A stretch of 28,754 bases of DNA from Candidatus Krumholzibacteriia bacterium (GCA_036351155.1 JAZBOO010000327.1:1-28754), one strand, 5' to 3'. Counted from the first letter of the stretch, positions 8,950 through 19,129 are shown. A program made the numbers and translations. Notes: generated from the letters alone by a model not told the origin.

Positions 8950-9978
8950 ATGATGGAAACCATCGAAAGGCTTCGGGACGAAGGATCCGCCCGGATCCTG
9001 GCCGCGCACAGCGAGGCCGACATTGAAGCGGTCCGGGTGGCGCTGCTGGGGCGCAAGGGAGAAGTGACTCTTCTTCTGCGCAACCTCAAGGATGTGTCCG
9101 CCGAAGATCGGCCCCGCATGGGCGCTGAACTCAACCGGCTCAAGACCACGCTGGGGGACCTGCTGGATGCACGGCTGGCCGAGCTGCGCAGTGCCGGTGA
9201 CACGCAGGAGGGCCCGGGCTGGGACCTGACCTTGCCTGGAACTCCGCCCTCGGGGCTGGGCACGGTCCATCCATTGGTCAGTGTGCTGGAATCCATCTGC
9301 GATATCTTCTACGGGATGGGCTTCACCCGGGGTGATGGGCCCGAGGTGGAACTGGACTACTACAACTTCACGGCGCTCAACTTTCCTGACGACCACCCGG
9401 CGCGGGATATTCAGGACACCTTCTACATCAACAACAAGGTATGCCTCCGGACCCAGACCTCGCCGGTCCAGGTGCGGACCATGGAAGAGCTGGATCCTCC
9501 GCTGGCCTACATTTTCCCCGGGCGTGTTTACCGCAACGAGAACGCCGACGCCTCCCACTCGTCCGAGTTCTACCAGATCGAGGGCCTGGTCGTGGACAAG
9601 GCCATCAGCCTGGCCGACCTGAAGGACACGGTGGACACCTTCGTGCGTCGCTTCTTCGGGGCCGCGGAGCCCACCCGCTTCCGTCCCCATTATTTTCCCT
9701 TCACCGAGCCCTCGGTGGAAGTGGACATGCAGTGTGTCGCCTGTCGCGGTGAAGGCTGTGGGGTATGCGGTCAGACCGGATGGCTGGAGATCATGGGCGC
9801 CGGGATGGTGCACCCGAATGTCTTCAAGGCCGCCGGATATCCGGATGACGCCTACACCGGGTTTGCTTTCGGGATGGGGATCGACCGGATCGCCATGCTC
9901 AAGTACGGCATCGGGGACATCCGCCTGCTTTACGAGAACGACCTGCGTTTCCTGAACCAATTTCGAGGTGTGCTGTGA
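8950..9978 (+). CDS. pheS: Phenylalanine--tRNA ligase alpha subunit
   Basis: HPARDIQDTFY, LRTQTSPVQVR, FRPHYFPFTEPSVEVD, GFAFGMGIDRIAML. Start set at ATG 8950 after GGAGGT (8935-8940). Confidence 0.98.
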   Translation: MMETIERLRDEGSARILAAHSEADIEAVRVALLGRKGEVTLLLRNLKDVSAEDRPRMGAELNRLKTTLGDLLDARLAELRSAGDTQEGPGWDLTLPGTPPSGLGTVHPLVSVLESICDIFYGMGFTRGDGPEVELDYYNFTALNFPDDHPARDIQDTFYINNKVCLRTQTSPVQVRTMEELDPPLAYIFPGRVYRNENADASHSSEFYQIEGLVVDKAISLADLKDTVDTFVRRFFGAAEPTRFRPHYFPFTEPSVEVDMQCVACRGEGCGVCGQTGWLEIMGAGMVHPNVFKAAGYPDDAYTGFAFGMGIDRIAMLKYGIGDIRLLYENDLRFLNQFRGVL

Positions 9979-12431
9979 AAATCAGTCTGGACTGGCTGGG
10001 TGATCTCGTTTCCTGGGATGACACCCCTGAACAACTGGCGGTCAAGCTGACGGCGGCGGGCCTGAACGTGGAAAGCCTGGAAGCGTTCGAGCAGACATTC
10101 CCCTCGGTGGTGGTGGCCAAGGTGGTGCACCGGGAACAGCATCCCGATGCCGACCGCCTGAGCCTGTGCCGGGTGGATGACGGCACCGGCGAGCCTGTTC
10201 AGGTGGTGTGCGGAGCGCCCAACGTGCGGGAGGGGATCACGGTCCTGTTCGCCCGCGTGGGGGCGGTGCTTCCCGGCGATTTCAAGATCAAGAAGTCCAA
10301 GATCCGCGGCGTGGAAAGCTTTGGCATGATCTGCTCGGCCAATGAGCTGCATCTTTCCAGCGATGCCGAGGGGATCATGGAACTGGATACCGATCTGGCC
10401 CCTGGCTCCTCCGCCGATGAACTGTACGGATTCAGCGATACCGTGCTGGACATCGAGGTGACCCCCAACCGACCCGACTGGTTGAGCCATTTCGGTGTGG
10501 CACGTGAAGTGGCCGCCATCTACGGGACCAAGGCCAGCATGCCCCGGACCTGGGGAAGCCAGCAAACGGGCGAAAATCTGGGCGTGAAAGTTCGGGTGGA
10601 CAACTATGCCGACTGTCCCCGTTACACGGCTTTCGGAGCCCGTGATGTGGAAGTCAAGCCTTCCCCGCTGTGGATGCAGAACCGGCTGCGGGCGGTCGGC
10701 AGCCGCCCCATCAGCAACGTGGTGGATATTACCAACTACGTCATGCTGGAGCTGGGGCAGCCCATGCACGCCTTCGATCAGTCCAAGCTTTCGGGCACCA
10801 CCATCACCATCGAGCGGGCGGCCGCCGGCACCAAGGTGGTGACCCTGGACGACCAGGAGCGCGAGCTGGCCGAGGGCACACTGATGGTTTGCGATGAGAA
10901 GGGCCCGGTGGCCCTGGCCGGCGTCATGGGCCTGGCCAACAGCGAATGTGAGGAAAGCACCAAGGACATCCTGCTGGAAAGCGCCTTCTTCGATCCCCAT
11001 CTGGTGCGCACCGCGAGCCGCGGACTGGGGCTCATCAGCGAAAGCAGTTACCGCTTCGAGCGCGGGGCCGACTGGGACATGGTCATGAAGGCCGCCCACC
11101 GTGCCCTGTTTCTCCTTCAGGAACTGGCGGGCGCCTACATTGTCCCTGACTGGGCCGACCGGCATGACCCCGACTACAAGCCGGCCCCTGCGGTGCCCTT
11201 GCGTATCTGGCAGGTCAATCGTCTGCTGGGGACCGAGGTTTCCACCGATGAGGCCGCCATGGCCCTGCAGAACCTGGGCCTGAAGGTCCAGCCCATGGGG
11301 AATCCCGCGTCCATCAATCCCAGTGCGGTGAACATGATGGTCCAGGTCCCCTCGTTCCGGCGTGACCTGTTCCAGGAAGTTGACCTGATCGAGGAAATCG
11401 CCCGGACCTACGGTTTCGACAACATGAGTGGAGGGAAGGGCTTCTCCGCCTCCCAGGGGGCTGCCCATCGTCCTCTGGATGTTGTACAAGGCAAGCTGCG
11501 GCAGTGGTTTGCGGCCAATGGTTACAGTGAACTGGTCACCAGTAGTTTCCTGGCGGCGGGGGAACTGGAGAAACTGGCCTTGCCGGAGGGAGACCTGCGC
11601 CTGCAAACCCTCTCGGTGATCAATCCCAACCATGGGGGCAACACCCAGCTGCGCACCACCCTGATGCCTTCACTGCTGGATGTGCTCCGTCGCAATCTGA
11701 ACTCCGGAGCTGACGTTCCCTTGCGGGTTTTCCAGCTCAACCGGACCTTTCTGCCGGCCGGGGCCAAGGTGGCCAATCCTCGCCATGAGGATGAGAAGTT
11801 GTTGCCCGAAGAGCCTGTCTTTCTGCAATTTGCCGTGGCGGCGCACAAGGCCCAGGGGCTGGACGGCGTGCCGGCCGACCTGCTGGAACTCAAGGGTGTG
11901 GTGGAAACACTTTCCACCTACTTGCGCCTTCCGCTTGAACTTTCGGTTCATGACCGGGAGGTTTTCCTGCAGCCTGGTTCCCAGCTGGATATTGCCGATT
12001 CCCACGGGAATGTGGTGGGTCAGCTGGGGCGGGTGGCGTCGCAAGTTCTGGATAAATTCGATATAGATTCCCCCGTGGCGGTGGCCGAGATCAGACTGTC
12101 GGGCATGGACCTGACACCTCGGCCGTTGACCTATGCCGATTTTGCCCGATTCCCTGCCGTCAAGCGCGACCTCAGCTTGCTGGTCCCGAAGTCCGTGGGG
12201 TTCGCGGAACTCGAGCGTGTGGTGAAGGAGGCCGGGGGGCCGTTGCTCGATACCGTGGAACTGTTTGATATCTACCGGGGTAAGGGCATTTCCGAGGGTG
12301 CCGGGGCGTATGGAATTCGCTTGAAGTTCCGCTCGGCAAAGGGTAATTTGAAAGGGAAGACGGTGGATTGGGCCATCAAGACCATTCTGGAAGCCCTTTC
12401 GGACCGTTTAGGTATAGAACAGAGAGGCTGA
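9975..12431 (+). CDS. pheT: Phenylalanine--tRNA ligase beta subunit
   Basis: MKISLDWL, HPDADRL, VVCGAPN, IRGVESFGMICS, EVTPNRPD, VVDITNYVMLELGQPMHAFD, SYRFERG, DLIEEIAR, RFPAVKRDLS. Confidence 0.99.
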   Translation: MKISLDWLGDLVSWDDTPEQLAVKLTAAGLNVESLEAFEQTFPSVVVAKVVHREQHPDADRLSLCRVDDGTGEPVQVVCGAPNVREGITVLFARVGAVLPGDFKIKKSKIRGVESFGMICSANELHLSSDAEGIMELDTDLAPGSSADELYGFSDTVLDIEVTPNRPDWLSHFGVAREVAAIYGTKASMPRTWGSQQTGENLGVKVRVDNYADCPRYTAFGARDVEVKPSPLWMQNRLRAVGSRPISNVVDITNYVMLELGQPMHAFDQSKLSGTTITIERAAAGTKVVTLDDQERELAEGTLMVCDEKGPVALAGVMGLANSECEESTKDILLESAFFDPHLVRTASRGLGLISESSYRFERGADWDMVMKAAHRALFLLQELAGAYIVPDWADRHDPDYKPAPAVPLRIWQVNRLLGTEVSTDEAAMALQNLGLKVQPMGNPASINPSAVNMMVQVPSFRRDLFQEVDLIEEIARTYGFDNMSGGKGFSASQGAAHRPLDVVQGKLRQWFAANGYSELVTSSFLAAGELEKLALPEGDLRLQTLSVINPNHGGNTQLRTTLMPSLLDVLRRNLNSGADVPLRVFQLNRTFLPAGAKVANPRHEDEKLLPEEPVFLQFAVAAHKAQGLDGVPADLLELKGVVETLSTYLRLPLELSVHDREVFLQPGSQLDIADSHGNVVGQLGRVASQVLDKFDIDSPVAVAEIRLSGMDLTPRPLTYADFARFPAVKRDLSLLVPKSVGFAELERVVKEAGGPLLDTVELFDIYRGKGISEGAGAYGIRLKFRSAKGNLKGKTVDWAIKTILEALSDRLGIEQRG

Positions 12432-12486
12432 TGGCGGTATTCGCCACACATGCAACCCACCGGGATCAAGGAAGAGAGCGGACAGC

Positions 12487-12756
12487 ATGGAAAGCAATCT
12501 GAACATTCTGGAGGCCAAGGTTCTCGAGGCGGTATCTTTGATCAAGGAATTGCGGGGCGAGAATGAACGTCTGAACGGACGTTGCCAGGAGCTCGAAGCG
12601 CAGATCCAGGAACTCGAGAATCAGAACGGTCGATTAAACCACGAACTCGACGAGGCTCGCTCCAATGCGGTCAACGTCGAGGTTTATGAGGAAAAGCGGA
12701 AGGAAATCGAGGTCAAGGTCGGAGGCCTGCTGCAGCAGCTGGAGGCCTTGGGCTAG
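12487..12756 (+). CDS. Coiled-coil cell division protein, ZapB-like
   Basis: 89 aa, all coiled-coil (LEAKVLEAVSLIKELRGENERL...); located between pheT and zapA. Confidence 0.75.
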   Translation: MESNLNILEAKVLEAVSLIKELRGENERLNGRCQELEAQIQELENQNGRLNHELDEARSNAVNVEVYEEKRKEIEVKVGGLLQQLEALG

Positions 12757-12779
12757 ATGGCATCGGGAAGCGGTCCAGT

Positions 12780-13109
12780 GTGGAACAAGAGAGCGTGAAA
12801 GTCGATATTTTCGGGAAAACATACACCTTGAAAGGTGATGCCGACCCGGATTACGTCCAGAAGGTGGCGGCATTTGTCGATGAACGCATGAATGAAGTGG
12901 CCGGGAATTCCTCGGTGGCTTCGACGGCCAAGGTGGCGATTCTCGCGGCGGTGAACATTGCCGACGAACTGTTCCGGGAACAGCAGAAGCGCCTGGAAAC
13001 CATGGCCACTCTCGAAGATAGATCTGATCAGATTACCCACCTCTTGTCCAGAGAGGTGGAGAGGGACGCTTCTCCCGAGACCATGGGTGATTCCCTGCCC
13101 GGCACGTGA
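12780..13109 (+). CDS. zapA: Cell division protein ZapA
   Basis: VKVDIFGKTYTL..YVQKVAAFVDERMNEV..KVAILAAVNIADELF; lies upstream of 6S RNA. Confidence 0.93.
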   Translation: MEQESVKVDIFGKTYTLKGDADPDYVQKVAAFVDERMNEVAGNSSVASTAKVAILAAVNIADELFREQQKRLETMATLEDRSDQITHLLSREVERDASPETMGDSLPGT

Positions 13110-13260
13110 TGTGTCGTACAAGTGAGCCAACACTTCTACAAAGGGATTCCGGAGTTCGCTGACCGCGATCATGCCCCTCGGGGAAGTTCAACGTCAGAGG
13201 CAGGAAACCCACCTGGAGCAACACGGTTCAGTTGCTTCCGACGCACACGACCGGGCGGGG
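13093..13260 (+). ncRNA. ssrS: 6S RNA
   Basis: Closing stem CCCTGCCCGG (13093-13102)/CCGGGCGGGG (13251-13260), then CGTG/CACG, TGTGTCG/CGACGCA and GAGCC/GGTTC, with a central bubble; about 170 nt, in the classic position after zapA. Confidence 0.88.
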
Positions 13261-13317
13261 TATACTGACACCCCGGACCAATTCCCCGTACTCCTCATCA
13301 ACCAGGAAGGAGCGGCT

Positions 13318-14880
13318 ATGCCGCAGGTACCTGTGTTTGTGTACCCCATAGCTTCCGCCATAGTATTTTTTCTCCTCGGCTGGTTTCTTTTCCGCTTCAG
13401 TTACACCCGACGACACGGGCAGTCACAGATGACCTGTGACCGGATGATCCAGGAGGCCGAGAAGGAAGCGGCGGGTATCGTCAAGTCCGCCGAGCTGGAG
13501 GCCAAGGAAGAATTCTATCAGGCCCGGCAGCGTTTCGAGCAGGAAACCGAATCGGCGCGGCGAGAGGCGCGGCTGAGGCAGGAATCCCTGGACAAGAGAG
13601 AGGCAAATCTCGACAAGAAAGTGGCCTTCATAGACGCCAAGGAAAGTCGACAGGACCAGGCCGAAGAAGATCTGCGGGGACGTCAACAGGAACTGAAAAC
13701 CCAGCAAGAGGAACTTTCTCGACTGCACGAGGCCGCTCAGCTCAAGCTTGAGCAGGTGGCGGGACTATCCGCCGAAAAAGCCAAGAACATCCTGATGGAG
13801 ACCATGGTCTCCGATGCCCGGCACGCGGCGGCCAAGAGCATCCAGCAGGTGCGCGAGGAAGCCGAACGGACGTCTCGGCGTGAGGCCATGAAGATACTGA
13901 GCCTGGCCATCCAGCGCTATGCTTCCGAGCACGTGGCCGAAAGCACCGTGTCGGTGGTGGATCTGCCCAATGACGAGATGAAAGGGCGGATCATCGGGCG
14001 CGAGGGGCGGAATATCCGGGCCTTCGAGCTGGCCACGGGGGTCGATGTGATCATCGATGACACCCCCGGAGCAGTGGTCGTGTCCGGGTTCGATCCTGTG
14101 CGGCGTGAGGTGGCTCGACAGTCCCTGGAAATCCTGATCCGCGACGGGCGCATTCACCCGGGCCGGATCGAAGAGATCGTCCAGAAAACCGACAAGGAAA
14201 TGCAGGAAAAGATCCGGGAAATCGGTGAACAGGCCTGCCTGGACATGGGTCTGCAGAATGTGCATGCGGACATGTTCTACTACATCGGGCGGTTGAACTA
14301 CCGGACCAGCTATGGACAGAACCTGCTCAAGCATTCCGCCGAGGTGGCCGCCGTGTCTGCGGTGGTGGCTTCCGAGCTGGGCCTGGACCCAAAGCTGGCC
14401 CGACGTTGTGGATTCCTGCATGACATCGGCAAGGCGGCCGACCATGAGATCGAGGGGCCTCACGCCGTGATCGGGGCCCGTCTATGCAAGAAGTTCGGAG
14501 AGAATGACACGGTCATCAACGCGGTGGGCGGACACCACCAGGATGTGGAACCGCGCACTCCTTACACCTTCATCACCGCGGCGGCCGATGCCGTTTCCGC
14601 GTCTCGGCCCGGAGCTCGGCGTGAAAGTGTTCAGACCTACGTGGAGCGGCTGGAAAATCTGGAAGAGATCGCCGAGAGCTTCGAAGGCGTGGAGAAGAGC
14701 TTTGCCATCCAGGCCGGCCGTGAAATCCGGGTGCTGGTGAACCACAGCAAGGTTTCCGATGCCGACGCGGCCGTGCTGGCCGAGGAAGTCAGCCGCCGTA
14801 TCGAAGGAGAACTGGAGTACCCCGGCCAGATCAAGGTGATGGTAATCCGGGAAACCAGGGCCACCAGCGTGGCACGCTGA
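13318..14880 (+). CDS. rny: Ribonuclease Y
   Basis: N-terminal TM helix, coiled coil, KH domain (MKGRIIGREGRNIRA), RTSYGQN, HD motif (LHDIGKA), YPGQIKVMVIRETRA. Start ATG 13318 after AAGGAG; the ORF-track extension from 13171 runs through the 6S RNA. Confidence 0.98.
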   Translation: MPQVPVFVYPIASAIVFFLLGWFLFRFSYTRRHGQSQMTCDRMIQEAEKEAAGIVKSAELEAKEEFYQARQRFEQETESARREARLRQESLDKREANLDKKVAFIDAKESRQDQAEEDLRGRQQELKTQQEELSRLHEAAQLKLEQVAGLSAEKAKNILMETMVSDARHAAAKSIQQVREEAERTSRREAMKILSLAIQRYASEHVAESTVSVVDLPNDEMKGRIIGREGRNIRAFELATGVDVIIDDTPGAVVVSGFDPVRREVARQSLEILIRDGRIHPGRIEEIVQKTDKEMQEKIREIGEQACLDMGLQNVHADMFYYIGRLNYRTSYGQNLLKHSAEVAAVSAVVASELGLDPKLARRCGFLHDIGKAADHEIEGPHAVIGARLCKKFGENDTVINAVGGHHQDVEPRTPYTFITAAADAVSASRPGARRESVQTYVERLENLEEIAESFEGVEKSFAIQAGREIRVLVNHSKVSDADAAVLAEEVSRRIEGELEYPGQIKVMVIRETRATSVAR

Positions 14881-14900
14881 CGAAAGCCGAGAGGATGCCC

Positions 14901-15788
14901 ATGGAAACTCTTCTGTTGAAGGGGAATGTGGTCCGCGACCAGGTGCTGCAGGACCTCAAGGCCAAGGTGGCGCTGGCCAAGCGGCCGCCCGGTTTGGCCG
15001 TGGTCCTGGTGGGAGATGACCCCGCCTCGGCCGTCTATGTCAGCCACAAGGAAAAGGGTTGTGAGGAAGTTGGATTCCATCACGAAACCAACCGGCTGCC
15101 CGCTGATGCCACGCAGGAGCAGGTGCTGGATTTGATCGCTCGCCTGAATGGCGATCCGACCATCGACGGCATCCTGGTGCAGCTCCCTTTGCCTGGTCAT
15201 CTGGACCAGGAAAAGGTTCTCATGTCCGTTGACCCTGCCAAGGATGTGGACGGTTTTCATCCGGAGAATCTGGGCCGCCTGACAGCTGGCCATCCGCGGT
15301 TTGTGCCCTGCACCCCCAAGGGTGTCTTGAAGCTGTTGCAGCACTACCAGATTCCTGTCTCCGGGAAGCACGTGGTGATCGTGGGCCGCAGCGTGATCGT
15401 GGGCCGTCCCTTGACCATGCTTCTGTCTCTCAAGCGGGACGACGCCAACGCCACGGTGACCATGTGCCATAGCGGAACCCGGGACCTGGCTGCGGTCACG
15501 TCGCAGGCCGATGTGGTGGTGGCCGCCATCGGTGTGCCCCGCTTTCTGGGACCGGAGGAGATTGCCGAAGGTTCGGTGGTGGTTGACGTGGGAATTAACC
15601 GGATTGACGCCCCTGAGCGGAAAAGTGGCACCCGGCTGGTGGGTGATGTGGATTATGATCGCTTGCTGGGGCGGGTGGCCGCCATGACGCCGGTTCCCGG
15701 TGGGGTGGGGCCCATGACAATCGCCATGCTTCTGGAAAACACCTACGAGGCCATGTTGCAGGCGGAGGGCCGCGTTGAGCGCCCTTGA
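14901..15788 (+). CDS. folD: Bifunctional methylenetetrahydrofolate dehydrogenase/cyclohydrolase
   Basis: PGLAVVLVGDDPASAVYV, DGILVQLPLP, KDVDGFHP, PCTPKG, GRSVIVGRP, TPVPGGVGPMTIAMLLEN. Start is 14901 (better RBS spacing) or 14895. Confidence 0.98.
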   Translation: METLLLKGNVVRDQVLQDLKAKVALAKRPPGLAVVLVGDDPASAVYVSHKEKGCEEVGFHHETNRLPADATQEQVLDLIARLNGDPTIDGILVQLPLPGHLDQEKVLMSVDPAKDVDGFHPENLGRLTAGHPRFVPCTPKGVLKLLQHYQIPVSGKHVVIVGRSVIVGRPLTMLLSLKRDDANATVTMCHSGTRDLAAVTSQADVVVAAIGVPRFLGPEEIAEGSVVVDVGINRIDAPERKSGTRLVGDVDYDRLLGRVAAMTPVPGGVGPMTIAMLLENTYEAMLQAEGRVERP

Positions 15789-16692
15789 ACTTGATCTGGA
15801 CCGGTCTCTGACCGCGGAGAAGAAGACCGTGGAGCGCGAACTCCGCCGGCTGATGAATCAACGCCGTGGTGTGCCCGACCGTCTTCTGGCCGCCATGAAG
15901 CACAGTTTACTGGGCGGGGGCAAGAGGCTGCGGCCGATCATTCTGCTATGGACTTACGATGCCCTGGCCGGCCACGGACCCCAGACCCCGGTGTCGCGTG
16001 ATCAAGCTCTGGCCGCCGCGGGTGCCCTGGAAATGATCCACACTTATTCCCTGATCCACGATGACCTGCCGGCCATGGACGATGATGTCCTGCGCCGGGG
16101 TCGGCCCACCTGCCATGTGGCCTTCGATGAGGCCACGGCCATCCTCGCCGGCGACGGTTTGCAGGCTCGGGCCTTTGAAGTTTTGGGTCAGACCGGGGGC
16201 GCTTTTGCCGGCCCCCTGGTGGCCATGATTGCTGCGGCAGTGGGGCCTGCGGGAATGGTCGGGGGGCAACAGGAGGATCTGGACGCCGAGGGTGTGGAGC
16301 CCAGTGATAGTCTAGTACGCAGCATCCACCTGAAGAAAACGGCGGCCTTGCTGGCCGTGGCATTCGGGGCGGGCGCGCTGCTGGCAGGGGCCGGGGACGA
16401 TGCGGTGGACCGGATCAGTCGCGCCGGGATTCAGCTGGGGCTGGCGTTTCAGGGAGCCGATGATGTGCTCGATGTGACGGCATCCACCGAAGAACTGGGG
16501 AAAAGCCCCGGCAAGGACGCAGCTGCCGGCAAGGTCACCTGGATCGGGATCGAAGGCCTGGAGAAAGCCCGCTCACGCGCTGAGCGGCAGGGTCGACGCG
16601 GCCGCAAGGGGCTGGAAGTGGTCCTTCCCGCGGGAAACCCGCGTGAACTTCTCCTGGAACTGGGGCGTCTGATGTGGGATCGCAAGCGATGA
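15775..16692 (+). CDS. ispA: Polyprenyl (farnesyl/geranylgeranyl) diphosphate synthase
   Basis: GGKRLRP, EMIHTYSLIHDDLPAMDDDVLRRGRPT, GMVGGQ, GLAFQGADDVLD, GKSPGKD; TTG start with GGAGG RBS. Confidence 0.95.
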   Translation: MSALELDLDRSLTAEKKTVERELRRLMNQRRGVPDRLLAAMKHSLLGGGKRLRPIILLWTYDALAGHGPQTPVSRDQALAAAGALEMIHTYSLIHDDLPAMDDDVLRRGRPTCHVAFDEATAILAGDGLQARAFEVLGQTGGAFAGPLVAMIAAAVGPAGMVGGQQEDLDAEGVEPSDSLVRSIHLKKTAALLAVAFGAGALLAGAGDDAVDRISRAGIQLGLAFQGADDVLDVTASTEELGKSPGKDAAAGKVTWIGIEGLEKARSRAERQGRRGRKGLEVVLPAGNPRELLLELGRLMWDRKR

Positions 16693-17147
16693 CGGGCGAT
16701 GGCTTGACCAGCTTGCCCGTTTGGGCCGTGCTGGCTCTCTGTGCCCTGGTCAATCAGGTGCTGAAATGGGTCACCTACGCCCTGACCCGGCGCGACCTGG
16801 CCCTGGCGGCGCTGGCTCAAAGCCACGGGCTGCCCAGCAGTCCCGCGGCGGTGCTGACCTGCCTCCTGGTTCTGGTGTCCTTGCGCAACGGATGGGCGGC
16901 CTCGGAAACGGGTTTTGCCCTGGTTTTTGCGGTGATCGTGATCCACGATACCGTCAAGTTGCGCGTGCAGGCCAGTCGGCAAAGGGAAGTGGTTTTTCGT
17001 CTGGTGGAGACCCTGGGCTCGGCCGGGGAGCTGCGTACCCATGTGGCCGACTACCTTGATCCACGGACCCATCACCCCATCCACGTGGCCGTAGGGGTGC
17101 TGTTCGGGGGGCTATTCGCTCTGGCGTTCAGCGGGTCTTCGGGTTAA
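16689..17147 (+). CDS. Divergent PAP2 / DUF212 family membrane protein
   Basis: Q.LK, GLPSS, FAVIVIHD..LR..A..Q and H.P..V.VG.LFG match the DUF212 pattern; usual position between ispA and dxs; ATGA overlap with the ispA stop. Confidence 0.8.
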   Translation: MTGDGLTSLPVWAVLALCALVNQVLKWVTYALTRRDLALAALAQSHGLPSSPAAVLTCLLVLVSLRNGWAASETGFALVFAVIVIHDTVKLRVQASRQREVVFRLVETLGSAGELRTHVADYLDPRTHHPIHVAVGVLFGGLFALAFSGSSG

Positions 17148-17215
17148 CCTAGCCAAAGATTGTTGGTGGCCGAACCCCAGCTGGTTCCGGCCGTTTTGTG
17201 CAGAATGAGGAGTTC

Positions 17216-19129
17216 ATGGAGCCCTTGCTTAAACATATCCAGGGCCCGGATGATCTGAAGCCCCTTTCGCCCGCTCAACTTTTGCACCTGTGTGAAGAGT
17301 TGCGTGAGGAAATCATCTCCACTGTGGCCAGGACTGGTGGCCACCTCGGTGCCAGCCTGGGGGTGGTGGAGCTCACCGTGGCCTTGCACCGGGTGTTTTC
17401 GACTCCCACGGACAAGATCATCTGGGATGTTGGCCATCAAGCCTACGGCCACAAGTTGCTGACAGGACGCCGGGAGTATTTCCAGAGCCTGCGGCGCAAG
17501 GGGGGAGCGGCCGGTTTCCCCAAGCAGGCCGAAAGCCCTCACGACATGTTCGGGGTGGGGCACGCCAGCACCTCCATCAGTGCGGCGGTGGGGTTTGCTG
17601 CGGCGCGGGATGCGCGGGGCGAAGATCATTCCGTCATCGCCCTGGTGGGCGATGGGGCCTTGACCGGCGGTCTGGCCTATGAAGGCCTGAACAATGCCGG
17701 CCAGTTGCAGACCGACATGATCGTCATCCTCAACGACAACAAGATGAGCATTTCCCCCAATGTGGGGGCCATCTCTCGCTATCTGACCCGGATCACCAGC
17801 GGAAAGCACTACAACCGCCTGGAGGCTGATGTGTGGGACCTGCTGGGCAAGGTTCCCCACGGGAGCAAGGCCCAGATCCTGGCCAGCCGGATCAAGGAGA
17901 GCATGAAGCAGCTGGTCGTGCCGACCATCCTGTTCGAGGAGCTGGGTTTCAAGTACTTCGGTCCCCTGGACGGCCATGACCTGCCTTTGATGATCGAAAC
18001 CCTGGAAGCGGTGCGCAAGCTCAAGGGCCCGATCCTGATCCACGTCCTGACCACCAAGGGGAAGGGCTATCGATTCGCCGAGGAAGATGGGCAAAAATAC
18101 CACGGCGTGGGCAAGTTCGACCAGGACGAGGGCGTGAAGGTGGTCAAGGCCACCGTCCCCAGTTACACCGGAATTTTCGGGGAGACCCTGTGTGATCTGG
18201 CCGAGAAAGATCCCCGCATTCACGGGATCACCGCGGCCATGCCTTCGGGCACAGGCGTGGGCAAAATGAAGGACCGTTTCCCCGACCGGTTCCACGACGT
18301 GGGCATTGCCGAGGGACACGCGGTGACCTTTGCCGGAGGTCTGGCCAGCGCCGGGCAGCGCCCCGTGGTGGCGGTCTATTCAACCTTCCTGCAGCGGGCA
18401 CTGGACATGATCATCCATGACGTGGCTCTCCAGAAACTGCCGGTGGTGTTTGCCGTGGACCGTGGCGGGGTGGTGGGCGAAGACGGCCCCACGCACCACG
18501 GCGTTTTCGATTTTACCTTCCTGCGCATGGTGCCCAACATGGTGGTGATGGCCCCTCGCGATGAGGATCAACTGCGCCACATGCTGGCCACGGGCCTGGC
18601 ACGTGAAGACGGACCTTCGTCCCTGCGCTATCCCCGGGGTTCCGGGCTGGGTGTTCCTCTTGCCGAGAACCTGGAACCCATTCCCCTGGGTCAGTCGGAA
18701 ACGCTCAGGGAAGGGGAAGCCCTGGCCATTCTGGCGGTGGGTTCCATGGTCGCGCCGGCCCTCGAAGCTGCGGAAAACCTGGCTTCCCGGGGCTTGAAGG
18801 CCGAAGTGGTGGACATGCGTTTCATCAAGCCACTGGATGAGGATCTTCTCGCCTCGGTCTGGGCTCGGCACCAGCTGGTGTTCACCATCGAGGAAAATGC
18901 TCTGGCGGGTGGTTTCGGGGCCGCGGTCCTGGAATGGGCCGCTGCTCAGGAAGATTCAGCGGGGCCCCGGGTGGTGAACATCGGGATTCCCGATCGCTTT
19001 CAGGAACACGCTTCGCGGGCCGAACTTCTGGCCGACATGGGTCTGGATGCCGACGGCATTCTGGAGCGGGTGAGCCAGGAGGTCAGTCGTCTCGGCGGCT
19101 CGCGTCCCGAAGCCCAGAGTGCCTCATGA
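17216..19129 (+). CDS. dxs: 1-deoxy-D-xylulose-5-phosphate synthase
   Basis: GGHLGASLGVVELT, WDVGHQAY, GHASTSISAA, GDGALTGG..LNDN, DVGIAEGHAV, YSTFLQRA, DGPTHHG, LRYPRG. Start 17216 (alternatively GTG 17198). Confidence 0.98.
   Translation: MEPLLKHIQGPDDLKPLSPAQLLHLCEELREEIISTVARTGGHLGASLGVVELTVALHRVFSTPTDKIIWDVGHQAYGHKLLTGRREYFQSLRRKGGAAGFPKQAESPHDMFGVGHASTSISAAVGFAAARDARGEDHSVIALVGDGALTGGLAYEGLNNAGQLQTDMIVILNDNKMSISPNVGAISRYLTRITSGKHYNRLEADVWDLLGKVPHGSKAQILASRIKESMKQLVVPTILFEELGFKYFGPLDGHDLPLMIETLEAVRKLKGPILIHVLTTKGKGYRFAEEDGQKYHGVGKFDQDEGVKVVKATVPSYTGIFGETLCDLAEKDPRIHGITAAMPSGTGVGKMKDRFPDRFHDVGIAEGHAVTFAGGLASAGQRPVVAVYSTFLQRALDMIIHDVALQKLPVVFAVDRGGVVGEDGPTHHGVFDFTFLRMVPNMVVMAPRDEDQLRHMLATGLAREDGPSSLRYPRGSGLGVPLAENLEPIPLGQSETLREGEALAILAVGSMVAPALEAAENLASRGLKAEVVDMRFIKPLDEDLLASVWARHQLVFTIEENALAGGFGAAVLEWAAAQEDSAGPRVVNIGIPDRFQEHASRAELLADMGLDADGILERVSQEVSRLGGSRPEAQSAS

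Noticed and set aside
9730..9770. CxxC..CxxC motif in PheS as a novel zinc site
   Set aside because: This Cys-rich insert is common in bacterial PheS proteins.
13171..13317. N-terminal extension of RNase Y
   Set aside because: It overlaps the 6S RNA; the TM anchor and RBS indicate a start at 13318.
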